Shown here in pieces: positions 23,664 through 37,800 of a stretch of DNA of 64,000 nt; position 1 is the stretch's first letter; the number at the start of each line of letters is the position of its first letter. The notes beneath the pieces are model-generated. The model worked only from the letters and a program-made list of their open reading frames with translations. It searched no databases and had not been told where the DNA came from. This DNA comes from Balanoglossus misakiensis. Its lineage: Eukaryota; Animalia; Hemichordata. The position numbers and the translations under genes are program-made. The stretch lies in contig CM082596.2 in NCBI GenBank assembly GCA_040954595.2, forward strand, positions 5,282,791 through 5,346,790. The letters are read 5' to 3'.

Positions 23664-26600
23664 TCAGAATTCCATGGATTCCGATAACTGTCTTCTGCGG
23701 AGATGGGAGCTCGAGGGCCACATCGGATTCAAATCCAGGAGATTGTCAATATAGATCACCGGATCAAACCAACCCTGCACGGAAAAAAGATAACAGTATA
23801 CTCAGTCAGAGTGTATCAAAACCTTACATCTTTTCAGTAGACACTGACTACAGCCAAACTTTTGAAAACTGATTCAAAAGCTACCTTACCTCTGGCACAA
23901 GTAAAGTTTCCACATTCTTATCCACGGGTTCTATAAGTGGCGGTATTTCTCCAAAGGCAGCCGACTTGCCGATCTCAAGTAAGACTTCACGGCTATACTG
24001 TATTACTGCAGAAGAATATGAAAAGCACAAAAAAACATATCATTTTCCCAACAAAATATTTCTAGAAACAACCCCCCTATCAACCACCGTCTTCTATTGT
24101 CGGAAAACATGACAAACATTCTTAGCTAAGGCAAGAAAACTACTCACACTTCTTCCTCCGCCACGGTTGGTTAAGCCAAGTTCTGTCTCCATCTTCAAGT
24201 TCCACTGGATTAGATTCCTCTGCAATGATAGGAACACTTGCAACATTAACTGTACTTTTCACAAACAATAGATCAAAATTCCATGAAATACCAGAGAGTT
24301 TTCCAAGCCTATTCATAGCATTTCTGATGGTGTTTGACAAACCACTGTTTTTTTTTCTCACACAAAAACGTCATTGTATAGTTAGACCAATACTTTCCCG
24401 ATCAACCAGATGATGATGTGAGCTTGCAAATGCAACCCCATATAAGTGTATATCTCTCGCAAAGTGTTTACAAGGAAACCTTTCTCTTTCCTTACCTTTC
24501 TCAGAATATGTGATGGCGAACAGTCTTCTACGAGTCGCAGCAGATTTGTCATGTGGATAAATGTCGTGATAATCTTTGGGCAGGTGGGAGATCTTTTGCA
24601 CAGTTGGTCCCATGGGCTGCCTGGTCAGAGTCACTTCACATCTTGTCGTCCTGGGCTTGTTACTGTTTCTCCGCACTGCAGTGGTTCTCTCGGTGTCCCT
24701 CGCATCTGCATCTGACGGAAGATCGCGCTGAAGAACTTCGGGCATGTGACTGTCACCAGAGCTGGAGATAACCTCCGCATTCCCACTGGTAGCTGAGGTG
24801 TCAGATATCTCGGGAAGATCAGACAATTTCTCAGAATGTCCACAAACTGCTGCGGTTTCCACTTTCCAATCCACCGTCATTGCTGGCACACTCGGCCGAC
24901 TTAGAGCGACGTCATCAGTGCTAGTGCATAGTTTTCCACCACCATCAAAAGCGTCGAGTTCCCCGGATTTTGAGGAGTCGCAGAACGGCATGGACAGTGC
25001 ATTTACCAGTTTCCTTTCCAAGTCTTGTGCTCTGCAACAAAACTCTTCAACTGGACTGGACCTCTGCTGTACGGCAGTACTGGGTGAATGCACTGGGTCG
25101 ATGGGTCTCATCCGTTTCTCGGCAGGTGATTTGTAAATTTCAGCGTTGCTGCAGATGTACATATCTCCAAGCATCTGGACATCGTCTTCTATACTGGTGT
25201 TGTTGCTGATTGAACCCCGTACAGAACCTTGATCTGTGGAAACATAACCAAGATTTACATAAACAATTGTTATGAAATACACTCACTGGATAAGTTTGTC
25301 ACAAACCCCTGATATTGTGATGAAGCAAATGGAAATTAATTTTTAGTCATGTACTCCAAAACCAGCTTATTTAGACCTAAACCAAATACTTTTTTTGAAG
25401 GGGGGGGGGGGGGGTGGTGGCAATGCCCCATTACCTTCATTGCTTGCATACGGACAGCGTTTCTTCTTGTTTTTCCTCTTGGAAAACTGTTTTGACTCAA
25501 AGGAATTCATACGCAGACCAGAGTCACTGCTGACCAAAGACGTCATTGGCTTCCATATATGTGGTTTGGCATATTCATCGATGTCTGTACACTGTGGGAA
25601 TACGCATAAAAACGAGACATGTGAGAATATGTTTTAGATTGAACAGGATTTTGTTTCCATCTGTCAGTCAACGCCATGGTCCAAGTTAAAGGTACACAGT
25701 CACCGCCAGTTTACTTCTATCTATAAATGATGGTGCTCTTTCTCGTATAACCATGGTAACTGTAGCTAGATTTGGTGACTGTATACCTTTAACAGTGAAC
25801 TTTCATGCACTCACCCAGTCCTCCTCGCTGCTCGGTACAACTATGCCACCATGCTTCTCAGCCTGCACAGGAGAGACAGCATCTGAAGAGACAAAGAAAT
25901 TACGAAAGTAGAGATGTTAAGATGTTGAGACTGCAAGCATCATCCACAGAACTCGAACAGCAAAGACCAAGCAAATCAAAGGTAAAGATGCTGCATATCG
26001 CTACATCACATTTTAAACAGATTGAGTTCCAACCTGGTTCAGACGTGTTCAGCGAGCTGTTCCCACTGGATTCCCCGAAACTTGTGTGCAACACTCCCTC
26101 TCGGTGCACGGGCACTGATGTGTCGGCCTCCACGGATTCACTTGGTATGGCTTCTGTGACATTGTCGGTCTGGGTTTCTGCTTGGACACCCTTCAACAGA
26201 TCGTCGACATCTCGGTATATGTCGGAGGACTCCCCGAAAGATGGTGGACTGCCATCGTCCGGATTGGAAATCTGGAACAAAGACGAGAAAAATACCAGTT
26301 ATCATTGAGGTTATTATTGTAATAATTAAAGAGGAACAATATATACTGATTAACTGTGCAATAATATGACATAGAAAATGAGTACATACCTTGTAAAATG
26401 CCTGTGCAAGGAACGCTTGAGCTCTGCGACAATCACTCTGGTCTCTGCCACCAGAATTTATGGTGATATAACCATCTACATAAAAGCAATAAATACTGAA
26501 TGATGGATTACTACGAAATTGATATATTAGTCACTGATTGAGGTCGACTCCACAGACACCATCTAATTATTTCCGCCCACCATTTCCGCGTAAGTGAAGT

Positions 26601-29600
26601 TGTTTGCTGATCAAAGTGCCCCCACAGTTTGCATATGACGGATTGATCAGTCACCCCCTGGACATTCACCCACCAGATACACTACTGACCACATCTGTAA
26701 CTGACAGGTGGGGGAAATGCCCAGGGGGTAACTGTCCTATCCTGCTACTGATGAACGTACCTGGACAGTTATGATTTGTGGACATGAATGAATATAGCAG
26801 CTGCATGGTACAACCAGACTTCCTGCTGATGTGGACCACCACCTTCTTCAGACTTTCTAAAGTGGTCTTCTTCAAGACACTGTCGGGTATTTCAAACATG
26901 AATGGCTGAAAGACGAATGTGACATGGATTGAAGTCAGGTTACGGGAGATAAAATCGCACACACACATATATACATGTACAAACACACACACACACTCTA
27001 ACACTAACTCACTCATGACTCTACACCCAAAACATTTCCACACACATGCAGGCTCATAATATTGTACTAATTACCACCTCAATCAAACAATCACTGCACA
27101 CCAAAATACACATCAGTAATAACAGCGTTTCTTGGATACATGTAGTTTGATTCCCTGATCAGAATATCAACATTTCTAGTCTAGATTGAAGTTGAATACT
27201 CACCAATGATATTTCTTTCAGCTGATCAAACCCTGGTTTCAGATCATCAGAGAATTGTGCACTTGTATAATTACTGACTTTCATATCTCGATCAATGGTC
27301 CTTTGGTTTTGCTGCTGGTCTCCATGGTAACTTGGCAGTTTGACATCCGTAGATGTCTGCTGTGGTACTCCTAAGATAGAGAGGAGAACAAAGTTTGGTT
27401 AGATCCCTCACTCATGTGCATACAACTGCTTCAAATGAAGATTCAACATCTGTCTTAATACATGTTACCTACCTCCCTGAAAAAGTTGTTTCTTCTGTGG
27501 CAATGTGAAAGCGAGGCCAACTTGAGTTTTACTCATGTGACGTACTGTCTCCTAAGGAAGATTGAAGATTCAATTGAAAGGTTTTAATTTCTGGATTATT
27601 CTATGGCTCGCTCACAAACCAGATCAAGTCAATCTCTAATCAGATTAATCACACAACATGAAGTGGTAGTTGTTCTCACCTGAGGTGATTTTGCAGATCG
27701 TCTTTTCTCAGCCACCAATTCTTTGACTTTGTTCACTGCCTGTCTGTTGCCTTTCACTTGAATGTACATCATTGCACCGGCTGCAAACACGGGTTATTAA
27801 CAAGGAATGGTGAAATAAAAAAAAGAAGGAAGGAAATTTACTTGCATGCCTAATTTGGTTATTCAAGGAAAAACAGCCAGAAATTCGAGTATAAAGAAAT
27901 AATTTCTGGTGATAAATTAGATTTGATAGAATGATTGGAAACTCTCACCTGCTAGGGCTGGAAGAAATTTGATGTAAGCATTGCAGTGGTCCATGATGCG
28001 TGTCACTGCCTCTCCCTGGGCTCCAAACACTGCGTAAAAATGAAAACAACACTATGATGATGTTATAATAGACTATTTTCCAAACTGAACGACACACTGC
28101 GCGATCTCGCGTGGCTAGGCTGTTTATATGGGAGGGCATTCTCATGTGACACAGGACAAACAACACATGACCCATTCTGTTCAACGGCACAAAAGTTACA
28201 ATTCTTGCTTTTACTCTGCACCTAGTCTAGTTTTATACAAAGCTCGACTAGTATCATTATTTGGCTAGCACCTATATTGTAGGGATAGGAAAATCTTACC
28301 AGATTTTGCTTGGCTTGAATTAACAGCCAACGTTTCCTGTACCATCTCTTCATGTCTGGAAAAAAACGCCACCAACAAGTTAACAAACTCATCACACTCA
28401 TCAAAGACCTGCACAGGCCCTTTTGACCATACATGTATCCGGACACATGTAAATTAGAGGTGACCGTATATCTTTAATGCAGCTTTCACCTGAATTCAGA
28501 TAAACCAGTCTACCTTGAATATCGTTTGAGAAACTCCTCTTCACCGACATCATGACTGAAGTTGACATGCATTCCTTCACCACCACCCTTTTCATCCGCG
28601 ACTTCAGTCCTGTTCTCCTTCCCCTTTCCCTTTCCTTGGATCCTCGAAGTTCCTTCTCCCGGTGATACCGGGGAAGAAAGATTTCTCCATCTGGAATATC
28701 CACGGAGTAAGTCATCTTGGCACTCGATATTTTTCAGCCAGTTTTTAACGTTCAGACAACTTTTGTGTGGTGAAAACTGTACTGCATTCTTCTCTGTCAT
28801 CTGGAATGCGCCATCGCCACTGTCCGTCTGACAAGTTCGTAATAAAATCACAATGCTTACGGTATATTCAGTATGAGATAGCTTACAGTAGATATTATCA
28901 CTTCATGAAAGTCAAATAATTCTCAAAATATCTGAATTACCTAGGCCTGTAATATAAATAAGTTTTCTTCTCAACAATGTCAATCCCCCACAGCTCAATG
29001 TGGCTGAAATATTTTGCACAAGAAATATGAAAGTACTGTTGTTAAACCCTCAAACATATACATGCATGTATTGCAAAGGCCACCTATCTATAAAATCCAC
29101 CTTTCTATAAAGGCCAGTTTACTTAGGAAAGTCCCATGACTGGCCGCTACAGACAGATGTGTCTATACTTACAACATCAGGCATCTCCAACTTCGCAATT
29201 TTCCTTCCATAGTATGAAGATTTCACTAACCACTCAGCTGCCCTCAACTCTATCAATTCTAACAACTGAAGCCGACAGATAAAATTCAGTCTGGGATCCA
29301 TGGCCAGCTTTCGAAATGTTGTAAACATTCCATCAACCTTATCTGAAAAGGAAAACAGGATAGAACATCAGTAGAAACTGCACTGACTACATGTACTAAA
29401 ATATGCATCAGCCTCACTGGCGTGGAGATATGCAAAACAAGACCAGATACCTTTGTGTTCTTTTTCCAATTGCAAGCCATACTTCTTGAAAGCACAGTTG
29501 ATGTTCAGTATCACCGAGTTAGTCGCCTCATCCGTGTTGAAATTCACGTTGTACACATACTTTTCCAGATGCTGCAAGACCTCGTCAATGCTGGAGTCTG

Positions 29601-29736
29601 CTTCTTTGGGAAGACTGCAGGTTTCGCTGCTTTCTGAAGATGTCGACGGGTAGTTGCGACCAGACTCGGCCAGTTGGAGGTTCCTCGGCCGCCTGGATGG
29701 TGCCTGCAGGTTTCTTCCTATCCTTGACGATGGCAT
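23664..29736 (-). CDS. mxt: Mextli-like eIF4E-binding protein (MIF4G-like N-terminus, KH-like region, long disordered linker, C-terminal 4E-binding motif); multi-exon
   Basis: Exons 29736-29451 and 29342-29173 give ...KKYGLQLEKEHKDKVDGMFTTFRKLAMDPRLNFICRLQLLELIELRAAEW, resembling the Mextli N-terminal domain. KH-like IQVKGNRQAVNKVKELV near 27700-27780. Terminal exons 24219-24148, 24005-23890 and 23774-23664 give RRKKLIQYSREVLLEI...GWFDP...MEF*. Start codon and middle exons are less certain. Confidence 0.75.
25686..25792. mobile_element. Kolobok/T2-like MITE (TTAA-AGGT termini), copy 1
   Basis: TTAAAGGTACACAGTCACC...GGTGACTGTATACCTTTAA; related copies at 41631-41783 and 43822-43935. Confidence 0.75.
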
Positions 29737-29979
29737 CTTTGAAAGCCAGAAATGGCAAGGTGAACACAATCAAATCAATGGTACAACAGCTAGAAATTGA
29801 CAACATGCTCAAACTTCTCTCGACCCTGTTCCCCGTTTCTGACATTGTATGTCTGCGTGAACTTCTAGGACGCTTTTCTGAGACCTTTCATGTAATACAC
29901 AATCCTAATTCCACCTACCGCACCTTTTGCTCTCTGTTTTTCTCCTGAGAATCAACTTGCAAGAGCTGCAAACGTCTAC

Positions 29980-30102
29980 AAGGCGGCCATTTTGTTGTAT
30001 GAACGCTTAGCGCCCTCACAGGCGCTTTCCCCCGATATCGCCAAAAAGGCAATCTCATGAATATTTAAATTAGATGTCAAAGGTAACTTTCGCCCAATCA
30101 GA
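29980..30102 (-). promoter_or_regulatory. Putative promoter/TSS region of the Mextli-like gene
   Basis: YY1-type CAAAATGGCCGCC on the minus strand (29982-29994), CCAAT box near 30094, candidate non-coding first-exon donor (CG|GTAGGT) near 29918. Confidence 0.45.
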
Positions 30103-33100
30103 TTGCTGTTTTTCCGACTCATGAAAATCAGTTCCATAGAAAATATGCATACCATTAGTTTTAGTTCAATTAAATAAAATCTAAGCCGTCTAAATGCCCA
30201 AGATTTTGTCCGAGGATACATTGATACACGCTCTAGCGATCTACGGATGCGTAAAATTAATTCAAATCTCTATAAAAGCAGTTCTAACAATTTTGACCAG
30301 AACGAGCCCCATACTAACAAGTGAGGACGCTCTCAGTGTACTTTTTTTATGAAAGTCCAGTAAGGGAGAATGAAGGAAGAATCTTTCAACGCACCATTCA
30401 CATACCTTCCGTCATACTTTAACTATCTGGACAAGTTGCTATGGATATGGCAGTTGCACGTCACTTCCGGGCAACTGCGCGTCTCACAGACTCGAAATTC
30501 AAGGTCCCAAAATGAAAAACAAACCCATGGCCTATTATTGTGTGTCGATTTTAATCCGCCTCTCAAGGGAAGCCTGACTACAATAGTATTGGATATCATT
30601 GTCTGCATACGAACGTTTGCCATCCACTGGGCGCCACTTTTTTTTCTTTTTCACGCTCGTAATCGACTCGAACAGCAGACAAGTGAGCTGGTACCGACCG
30701 AATGCGTCCGCTTTGTACGCGTCTCTAGAGGGCTAGAAAACAGACTGATTAACGGAACATTTACTAGTATTCCGGGTAAGTGTGGTTTTGATTTCTTTTT
30801 CAAATGTAGCTGTTCGATCATAACTATTGTCTGTAGCCTGGAAAGTCTAAGAAAATTATTTTCTCTATCTGTAAACACTTTTATTCTATTTAAGACACTT
30901 TATTTTACCACAGACATTATAAGCTTATTGACATGGAAAGATCATAATTACCATATATACATTTGTACTTTTATTATCAAACTTTAATGCTGTTAATTCG
31001 CTGTTTAAACGTTCAATACTGTGATAAATGAAAGGGACATCCTAAACAAAAATTCCTATACAGAAGTCCAATTATGCTTGTGTAACACTGTATTGCTATC
31101 TTCGTCTGTACATTTCGCATCGCTAAGTATAAAATTTTATTCAATGAAGACTTGTTCGTGTCTCTAGTGGGTTTTGTAGTTCTTCGCGACAAAATCCACG
31201 TAGCCTATATTTCAACCGAGAACACACATTTCGCATAATCACGAACAACTGGACAGCTATGAGAAACTGCAGATTTTTTCGGCAATGCTTCGCTACGAGA
31301 GGTGAATGTACATTTCATCCGTGTACATTTCTGGTGGCTAGACCCTCTTAACGACCAAAGGCGTGGTACTAATTTCTTTGCCTAGACACGATAACGTTTG
31401 CCTTTGTGGAAAGGAAATTGTCGCATTTTTCATAGCAGCAACACGCCGTCAAAATCCGTAATTGATGTATAGTTTTGGAAAACGTAATCTGTTCTCTGAT
31501 TGTTCGGAGGAGGAACTGGATGCCAAAAGATCATATTCTGTTCCCGAAATTATCACGGAGATTTGATTAAATTTGAAAGTCTTTGTTATTTATCCCAGAT
31601 GGTACTTTTCATTTCGTAATTTGTATCACGCTCCAGAATCTCCGGTTGTAAATCATGCCACTTTGCTGCTCCCTGATAGAAACACCTGCTTTTCGTATTA
31701 TAGTAAAGCCATACATATATACACAGTGGAGTCTGGCATTATTTATGTTTTTGTTGCATTCCAATGGGGTAGCAAAGCGTATAATACACACAGACAGTTT
31801 ACCAACATCAAATAAACCTTGGAACGAAGCGCGTAGAAAAACATACAGTCAGTCAATGGCAACAGCAAAAGCTGATTTTTAATTGTACATGTTTATAGGC
31901 AAAAGAAAATTAACGTGGTAATTTTAGGGTTTCCTGACTGTAGCATGTGGCATTTCTCTAACGCGATAATCCTTGCGCCACTGCTGATTTCGATTAATTG
32001 ATGCGAAATCTGCGGATCCATGCTGTTCTAATTGTCAGCATGCTTTCCATACATGTGTGCAATCTGCAAATAATTTGCCGAACTTGACACATGAGCTAAA
32101 CCCGATGGCACCCCTGCACACCGGGAACGATGTATCATACTCATGTTTACCACAGGCGGAATTTAACCTTAAACTCCGTGCACTGCTCACCCAGACGCGG
32201 GTCTTTGAAAATGTGCGTAGATGTCAGAGGAACTCTAAGTTAAGGTCGACTGTTGTACTGTTAACGGTATACATATAACTGTATATACTTCTCCTGGTTA
32301 CTTGTCACGGCAACTGGGCATTTTTATGTAATTTACAATTGCGATCATATCCCCTTTTTATTGTTCGCGTCGTTTAGAAAGCCATAAAATAAGAAATGTT
32401 GAATCAAAGCCGGGTACAGATGTTAAAGCGATACCGCTGATGCGAGGTGACTGCTGACAATGGTTTGGGGTCGTGATCGGTTCAGATAAGATGCGTCGAG
32501 CGATGGTGTGACAAAGCTTTGAACACAAACGATAAAAGTCCGGAGCCTCAGACTGATGACACGACTGGTGGGTTTCTTGAACAGTTCCACAAGCAAAACA
32601 GGAATTTCGGGCATAAATACACTCATATTTGGTGTAAAGATTACAAAGTATGTACTGTTTCGCTACTGTGACAATATTAGCCATTTCTCGTACCGTACCG
32701 TACTTTTACTTCATTCAACGAAAACGACGAGATTAAGCTGAAAATCTAAAAACATTGTTTTGTTTTCTAGTCGTCGACCAGTGTGCTCGATTCCTCTGGT
32801 CCACCTGTCCTAAACCACAGACAAATGCACAATAATACGTTCCGTTATATGTCTAAACACAGTGGGAGTGCCTCCACTGTCTATGCCATCAATGAAAACC
32901 TAAAAGTGCAGCGACGGGTCGCAGTGAAACCCTTTTGTGCCATGCGTCTTTTGGCTTCAAAAATTAGAATTAACCCGTTTTGCATTAGATTTTTACCTGC
33001 CAACGAAGTCAGGAAGGACGTGACGCAATCTTCCGTGGAAAGTGATTCTCTCAGTTTGAAACTGTCAACAGGATATCTTTTGTTGAAGTGTGATAAACTG

Positions 33101-34872
33101 TTCGAGAAATAAAAGAAAGCCTGTATATGAACAAATCTCTAGTTTCACTGAATGTTCATATGTAAGATCTGGAGACCTTACACAGTTCTGGAATAAGTAA
33201 GCTTCACTAATTATTTCTTAACCGATATTAAAATCATGACAGTGTTTCATGATGTCCCGTGCTGAGAATTCATAAGAACCGTGCAAACAGCCGCCTTGCG
33301 ATATATTGGAATTTTACAAACACATCACTCATTTCACATTTTTGTTTTGTTAGTTTGCTTGTTTGCTTAGTTGGTTTGCGAATTTACAATCTTGAAAATT
33401 TGCGTCAGTGCTGAGCAGTAGCGACGCATCAGTTTCAAAAACCTTGGAGGCTTCCGCATTATTTCGTTGCAGGTTTGAATACCATGGTGAAAATCACCAT
33501 ACGTTCATCATGTTTATATTTGTCACTGATCTTAAAACGCGTGAGGAATTGTCACGAGAGTCCTTGTTAAAGGACATTAAAAGCTCGTTTCTTTTCTTTC
33601 CCTTGCTTTTACGTTGTTTCGCTGAACTTGAATTCAGAAGCAATCATCCGAAGTTTGCCTGCCTGCATCGTATACCGGTTTAGACATGTAGTGCCAGTAA
33701 GTTCGCCACTGTCCTGTACTCAAATTCAGCATGTACAACTTACCAGTGCAATACTATGAGCTCTGCGACCAAAATGAGAATTTAACGCGAAAAACTAAAA
33801 TTCAGGAAGACGCGTTACCGAGATAACGGTTGACTGACCACGCTGTCATCATCATATTTACTCAAAAGATTTCACGACATCGTCAAACCATTTACCTCCC
33901 GGGGTCTGACACACGCCCAAAAGTACTTTTGAAAAATAATAGGGAGATTACAGCACGCGCAGCTGACCACTGCTGACGTCACGCGTCCCCCATACCGGTG
34001 ATGGACACTCCAGAAAATCACAACAGAATTGCCTTCATTTAAAACATAATTTCTAATAATGGCAAGTTCCCCCACGAAGGTGTCCGACAAAGGGGGTTGG
34101 TCATTTCTGCCGGGTGCCACGCATTCTTGAAGCCCGGAGGCATGCAAGGCGCGCACGGAGAGTCCGAATCACTCGCATACATGCAAACAAAAAGCGCCAA
34201 CAGTGAAAGAATAAATAATAAGAAATTGTCGTTTGAATATTGCTATTTGTACAGAAGAGCGATCTCCTGTTTACTCAGAGAGATCGCCATGGCCCGAACA
34301 CAACAACCTGAACAGGCCACGGGGACAATAGGTGCCCCTTTGAAGCGAGCGGACAATGCGCCGAGGGGGGACGGTTCCTTCTGTTATGGATAATACGAAT
34401 TTTGCGCGCAGACAAGAAGTTTCGGATCCGCATTGATCAGCCTGCTATCTATTGTTATCCATCAAAGGTGTTTATTGTGACCAAGTGGGGTAGGAAGGTC
34501 GACAGGGGTCAGCGATGACACATCAAACTAAATACACAGGGAGTTCTCGCTGTCGTGTAAATACCCTCGAAATGAGCCATATTTATTGCACCGGTGCCCA
34601 GAGTGGCCGCGTTGGAAGACGAACCGGGGTTGGAAAATCGCCTCGTAAAACTGTCAGCTCGGGGTAATTACACGGCAGTTAGTGGCCATAAGGACAACAG
34701 CTATTGTTCGGGGAAGAATAGCTGTGCAGTGGTGGCGCTGTGCCGAGGTTACAGCCTGGAAGGACGGAGAGAGACCTGACAATAGGACGGGCACACAACG
34801 AGTAAACGAAGCGCTGAGGATAAGTTCACCATCTCCGGTTGCTACTCGTTTGACAGCTCACAAAGGCCAAAA

Positions 34873-37800
34873 ATGCGGTTCCTAGGTGAGTCGGACTGCT
34901 AATTAATCAAACGCGCAGCAAACGATTCGTCACGATAACTCCGGGCCATTAGTTTTAGATTTCCCCCGCAAAGATATTGTCATAAGTTTTATTGCGCCTA
35001 AAATGTGTCAGGGATCGGCTATAATTATCGGAAGACGACATCGACGGGCAGAGATCTGGTCCGAAGCGCCTATGGTTTATTCTGGAGCGAGAACAGGTAC
35101 TGTAACGAACAGTCGCCCCTTTCATTCGTTAAAAAACGGCTTTTCATAAAAGGAACGGTGAAAAGGAAAACTTATCACTGTACTTGCTAATCCTATTTAC
35201 GGCGTAGGAATAACAAGCTCTTGTTATTATTACTATGAATTGATCTACAATATATGAATCGGTGGTCTGACCGGCTTCTTATATCTAGACAAACTCGTCT
35301 TGGCACATTTACGGTGCAGGATTACCCACACGCGTAACGCCACGCCAATAATTCGCTCAGCGCGGAATATGTCGGGAGTTTCCGACATTTGACGGCATCC
35401 GTGGGGCCTTTGGAAGGTAAGCTTTGGAGACGGAGAAAAGTCGATGATGGACTTTTGTGCAAAGAACTTCTACAGACCTTGAATAACAATACTTGTTGGG
35501 GGAGAAATCTGAAGGTATCTGTCGGTAATTATGTGGATCTATAGTTCTTTCCTTATCAACTATTCACGTTTGCTGGACTAACTTGTATTTTTCCCGTACT
35601 TTGGTGGAAAAACGGGCACATATACAACAAAACAAGTTCACGACCAATTTTACGTGCAAGAACAACAAAACTTCCGTCTCCGTGCAATAATGTCTACGTC
35701 AGCGAAAGCCAACTCACGATTTTCAAACATCACGACGTAATGACGTGAAGGGAAAACGTGACTTCGTGACGTGTTTACGTGAATTTCGTATAGAAGTGAA
35801 AATTGCCCTTTTCTTCTGATCAAGCAAAAGTTACCAGTCTTAATTGACTAGCAAAGTCGTTTTTAAGAGTTCAGAAAAATATCGTACTATACTAGTGACA
35901 TCATATCTTGAAAATTGTAAAGAGGAAATCATTGTTCGTTATTAGTCCACGAACACAATTTTAGAAAGTGGTTTTCCCCCTCTATTCTCAATAATACAGT
36001 GGTAAATTCAAGAGCTCGTGTGCGCACACATCCAGATCTGGTGATCATTGAGAAAAAGCGCATTTAATTATCGCGTTACTGCACGAAAATGAAAGCTATG
36101 GAATATCAAAGTTTGGTGGCCATATATTTTAGGAGCAACCCCAAAAAATATTTCCACACTAAAATTACTGACACGTGTCAAATCGATCCGGCCAAAATTG
36201 GTCGTGAACTTGTTCCAGATTGCTCCCTGGCACCATTCCAAGTTCACGCGGCGAGTGTCCTGTACGTCTCATGTATTTTGCTGTTTCCGTCAGTCCGAAA
36301 ATTGTCACGAAGTGAAAAGTCCGTCGAACAGAAGGATTCTTCCCCCCGTGCGAACTTTTTACGCACATCAAAATATGGGTTAAAATCCCCGTTTTGTGTT
36401 TTATAGTCAGGATAGTACGCGATTCCTTCCATTGTCATAGTCAAATTTGGGCATTTATTTCACAACAGTGTGATTGTGGTCGGCCCCCATTGTTGAGATT
36501 TCGTGACCGAGAAAGTGTCCATTATCAAAATCACTAATTGAATGATGAGTGGCGTGGTCGTAGCCTTGCCGTTGGTCATTCTTTCTTACTTTGGTACAAA
36601 ATCTATCGGATAACAAAGAGGAGTGACAGTACATTCTGTCGCGCCAGAAAAGAGGGAGGGGAGGGCGAGAAAGAGGAGGTCACTAGTGTAGAAGATTTGT
36701 CATGTCAAGGCAAGGTATTAGCGCATGCATTGGCATTACATATTAATCACTTGATGATACGTGTCGAATTAAACTTTTATTCTGAAACGATGTCATGCCT
36801 AGCTACTGGTTAATAATACTGTACTTAAAATGTAAAGTCTATTACACCGATTGAGATATTTTGACTTATTTTAATTTGACGTGTTAAAATGCACGTACAA
36901 ACACACAAATTACTTTACCACGCATGGTTCATGACGAGGAATGAAACAGTCATGTTAACATACACTGAATGCATGCTGAATTAAGTTGGTAACTTAACTG
37001 TTGAAATGAGAAAATAAACAGCGTAATTTGTGCTTCGAAATTACAGGGATATACCAAGACAGTACTGTCTATGGATATACGCTTGTTCTGCCTGTAGTCT
37101 ATATTTATTTCCACGAGGAAAGGTCGCAAGAACATTTAACACTGCAAAGTTCGGATCAGATCATGTGAACTCACGATCTCATATTATTTTTTTTTCGCAT
37201 TTTACATCATTTTAGCATGAAATAGGGCTGGTACGGTTTATGTTGAGAATTATAAGCAAAGATTAGACATGACATAATCAAATTAGTCGTAAAATCGCGG
37301 GCTGGTGAGACGAATAATGAAACGGAAATCCAAAGATAACGTTTTGACATGTTCGTGATTGATTTCAAAATGATACGTTGATTTTTAATTAACTTGAAAA
37401 AGTGGGAACGTGATTCGCGTGGATTATGAGTTTTTGATGGGCTTGAGGACAGTTATACATTTTCACACATTCAATTGTTAGAGGGAATATTGTACAAAAT
37501 GAAACGACATCTAAGTTTAGTATTTCGGCAATTCTGCAGACGAATGTGCCACTTTGAGGCTGAGGTGAAATCATCACTTCATGATACGTATGCAGGTTTC
37601 TTCATGTATTATGCACACATGGGAATTAATTGATTTCTTGGAGCCCCGGGCAGACTGGACGGGCAGACAGTGTACCATTATCATGGTCAGGTTCAAGGTC
37701 AACGAGTGTGGTCGAAAAACAAGTTTCTCAGATGGTGTTAAGATGAAGGACATACATGAATGAAAGAGATGCAATTTTATTTTCACGGTGTGAACCCCTT

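Noticed and set aside
24140-25282. Single in-frame TGA (24373-24371) between two minus-strand ORFs, suggesting readthrough, selenocysteine or a pseudogene
   Set aside because: It lies inside a 276-nt intron (AAG|GTAAGG donor at 24495, TGCAG acceptor at 24220). The intron length is a multiple of 3, which explains the shared frame.
29070-29170. AAAGGCCACCT/CTATAAA short repeats beside a Mextli-like splice donor
   Set aside because: Probably a truncated MITE fragment, but no complete TIR pair or TSD could be defined.
30370-30987. 205-aa + strand ORF
   Set aside because: No recognisable motif, composition typical of non-coding AT-rich DNA, and it runs through a strong splice donor.
36165-36444. 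Short minus-strand ORFs that look protein-like
   Set aside because: No domain recognised, different frames and no consistent splice sites; they overlap a probable repeat remnant.
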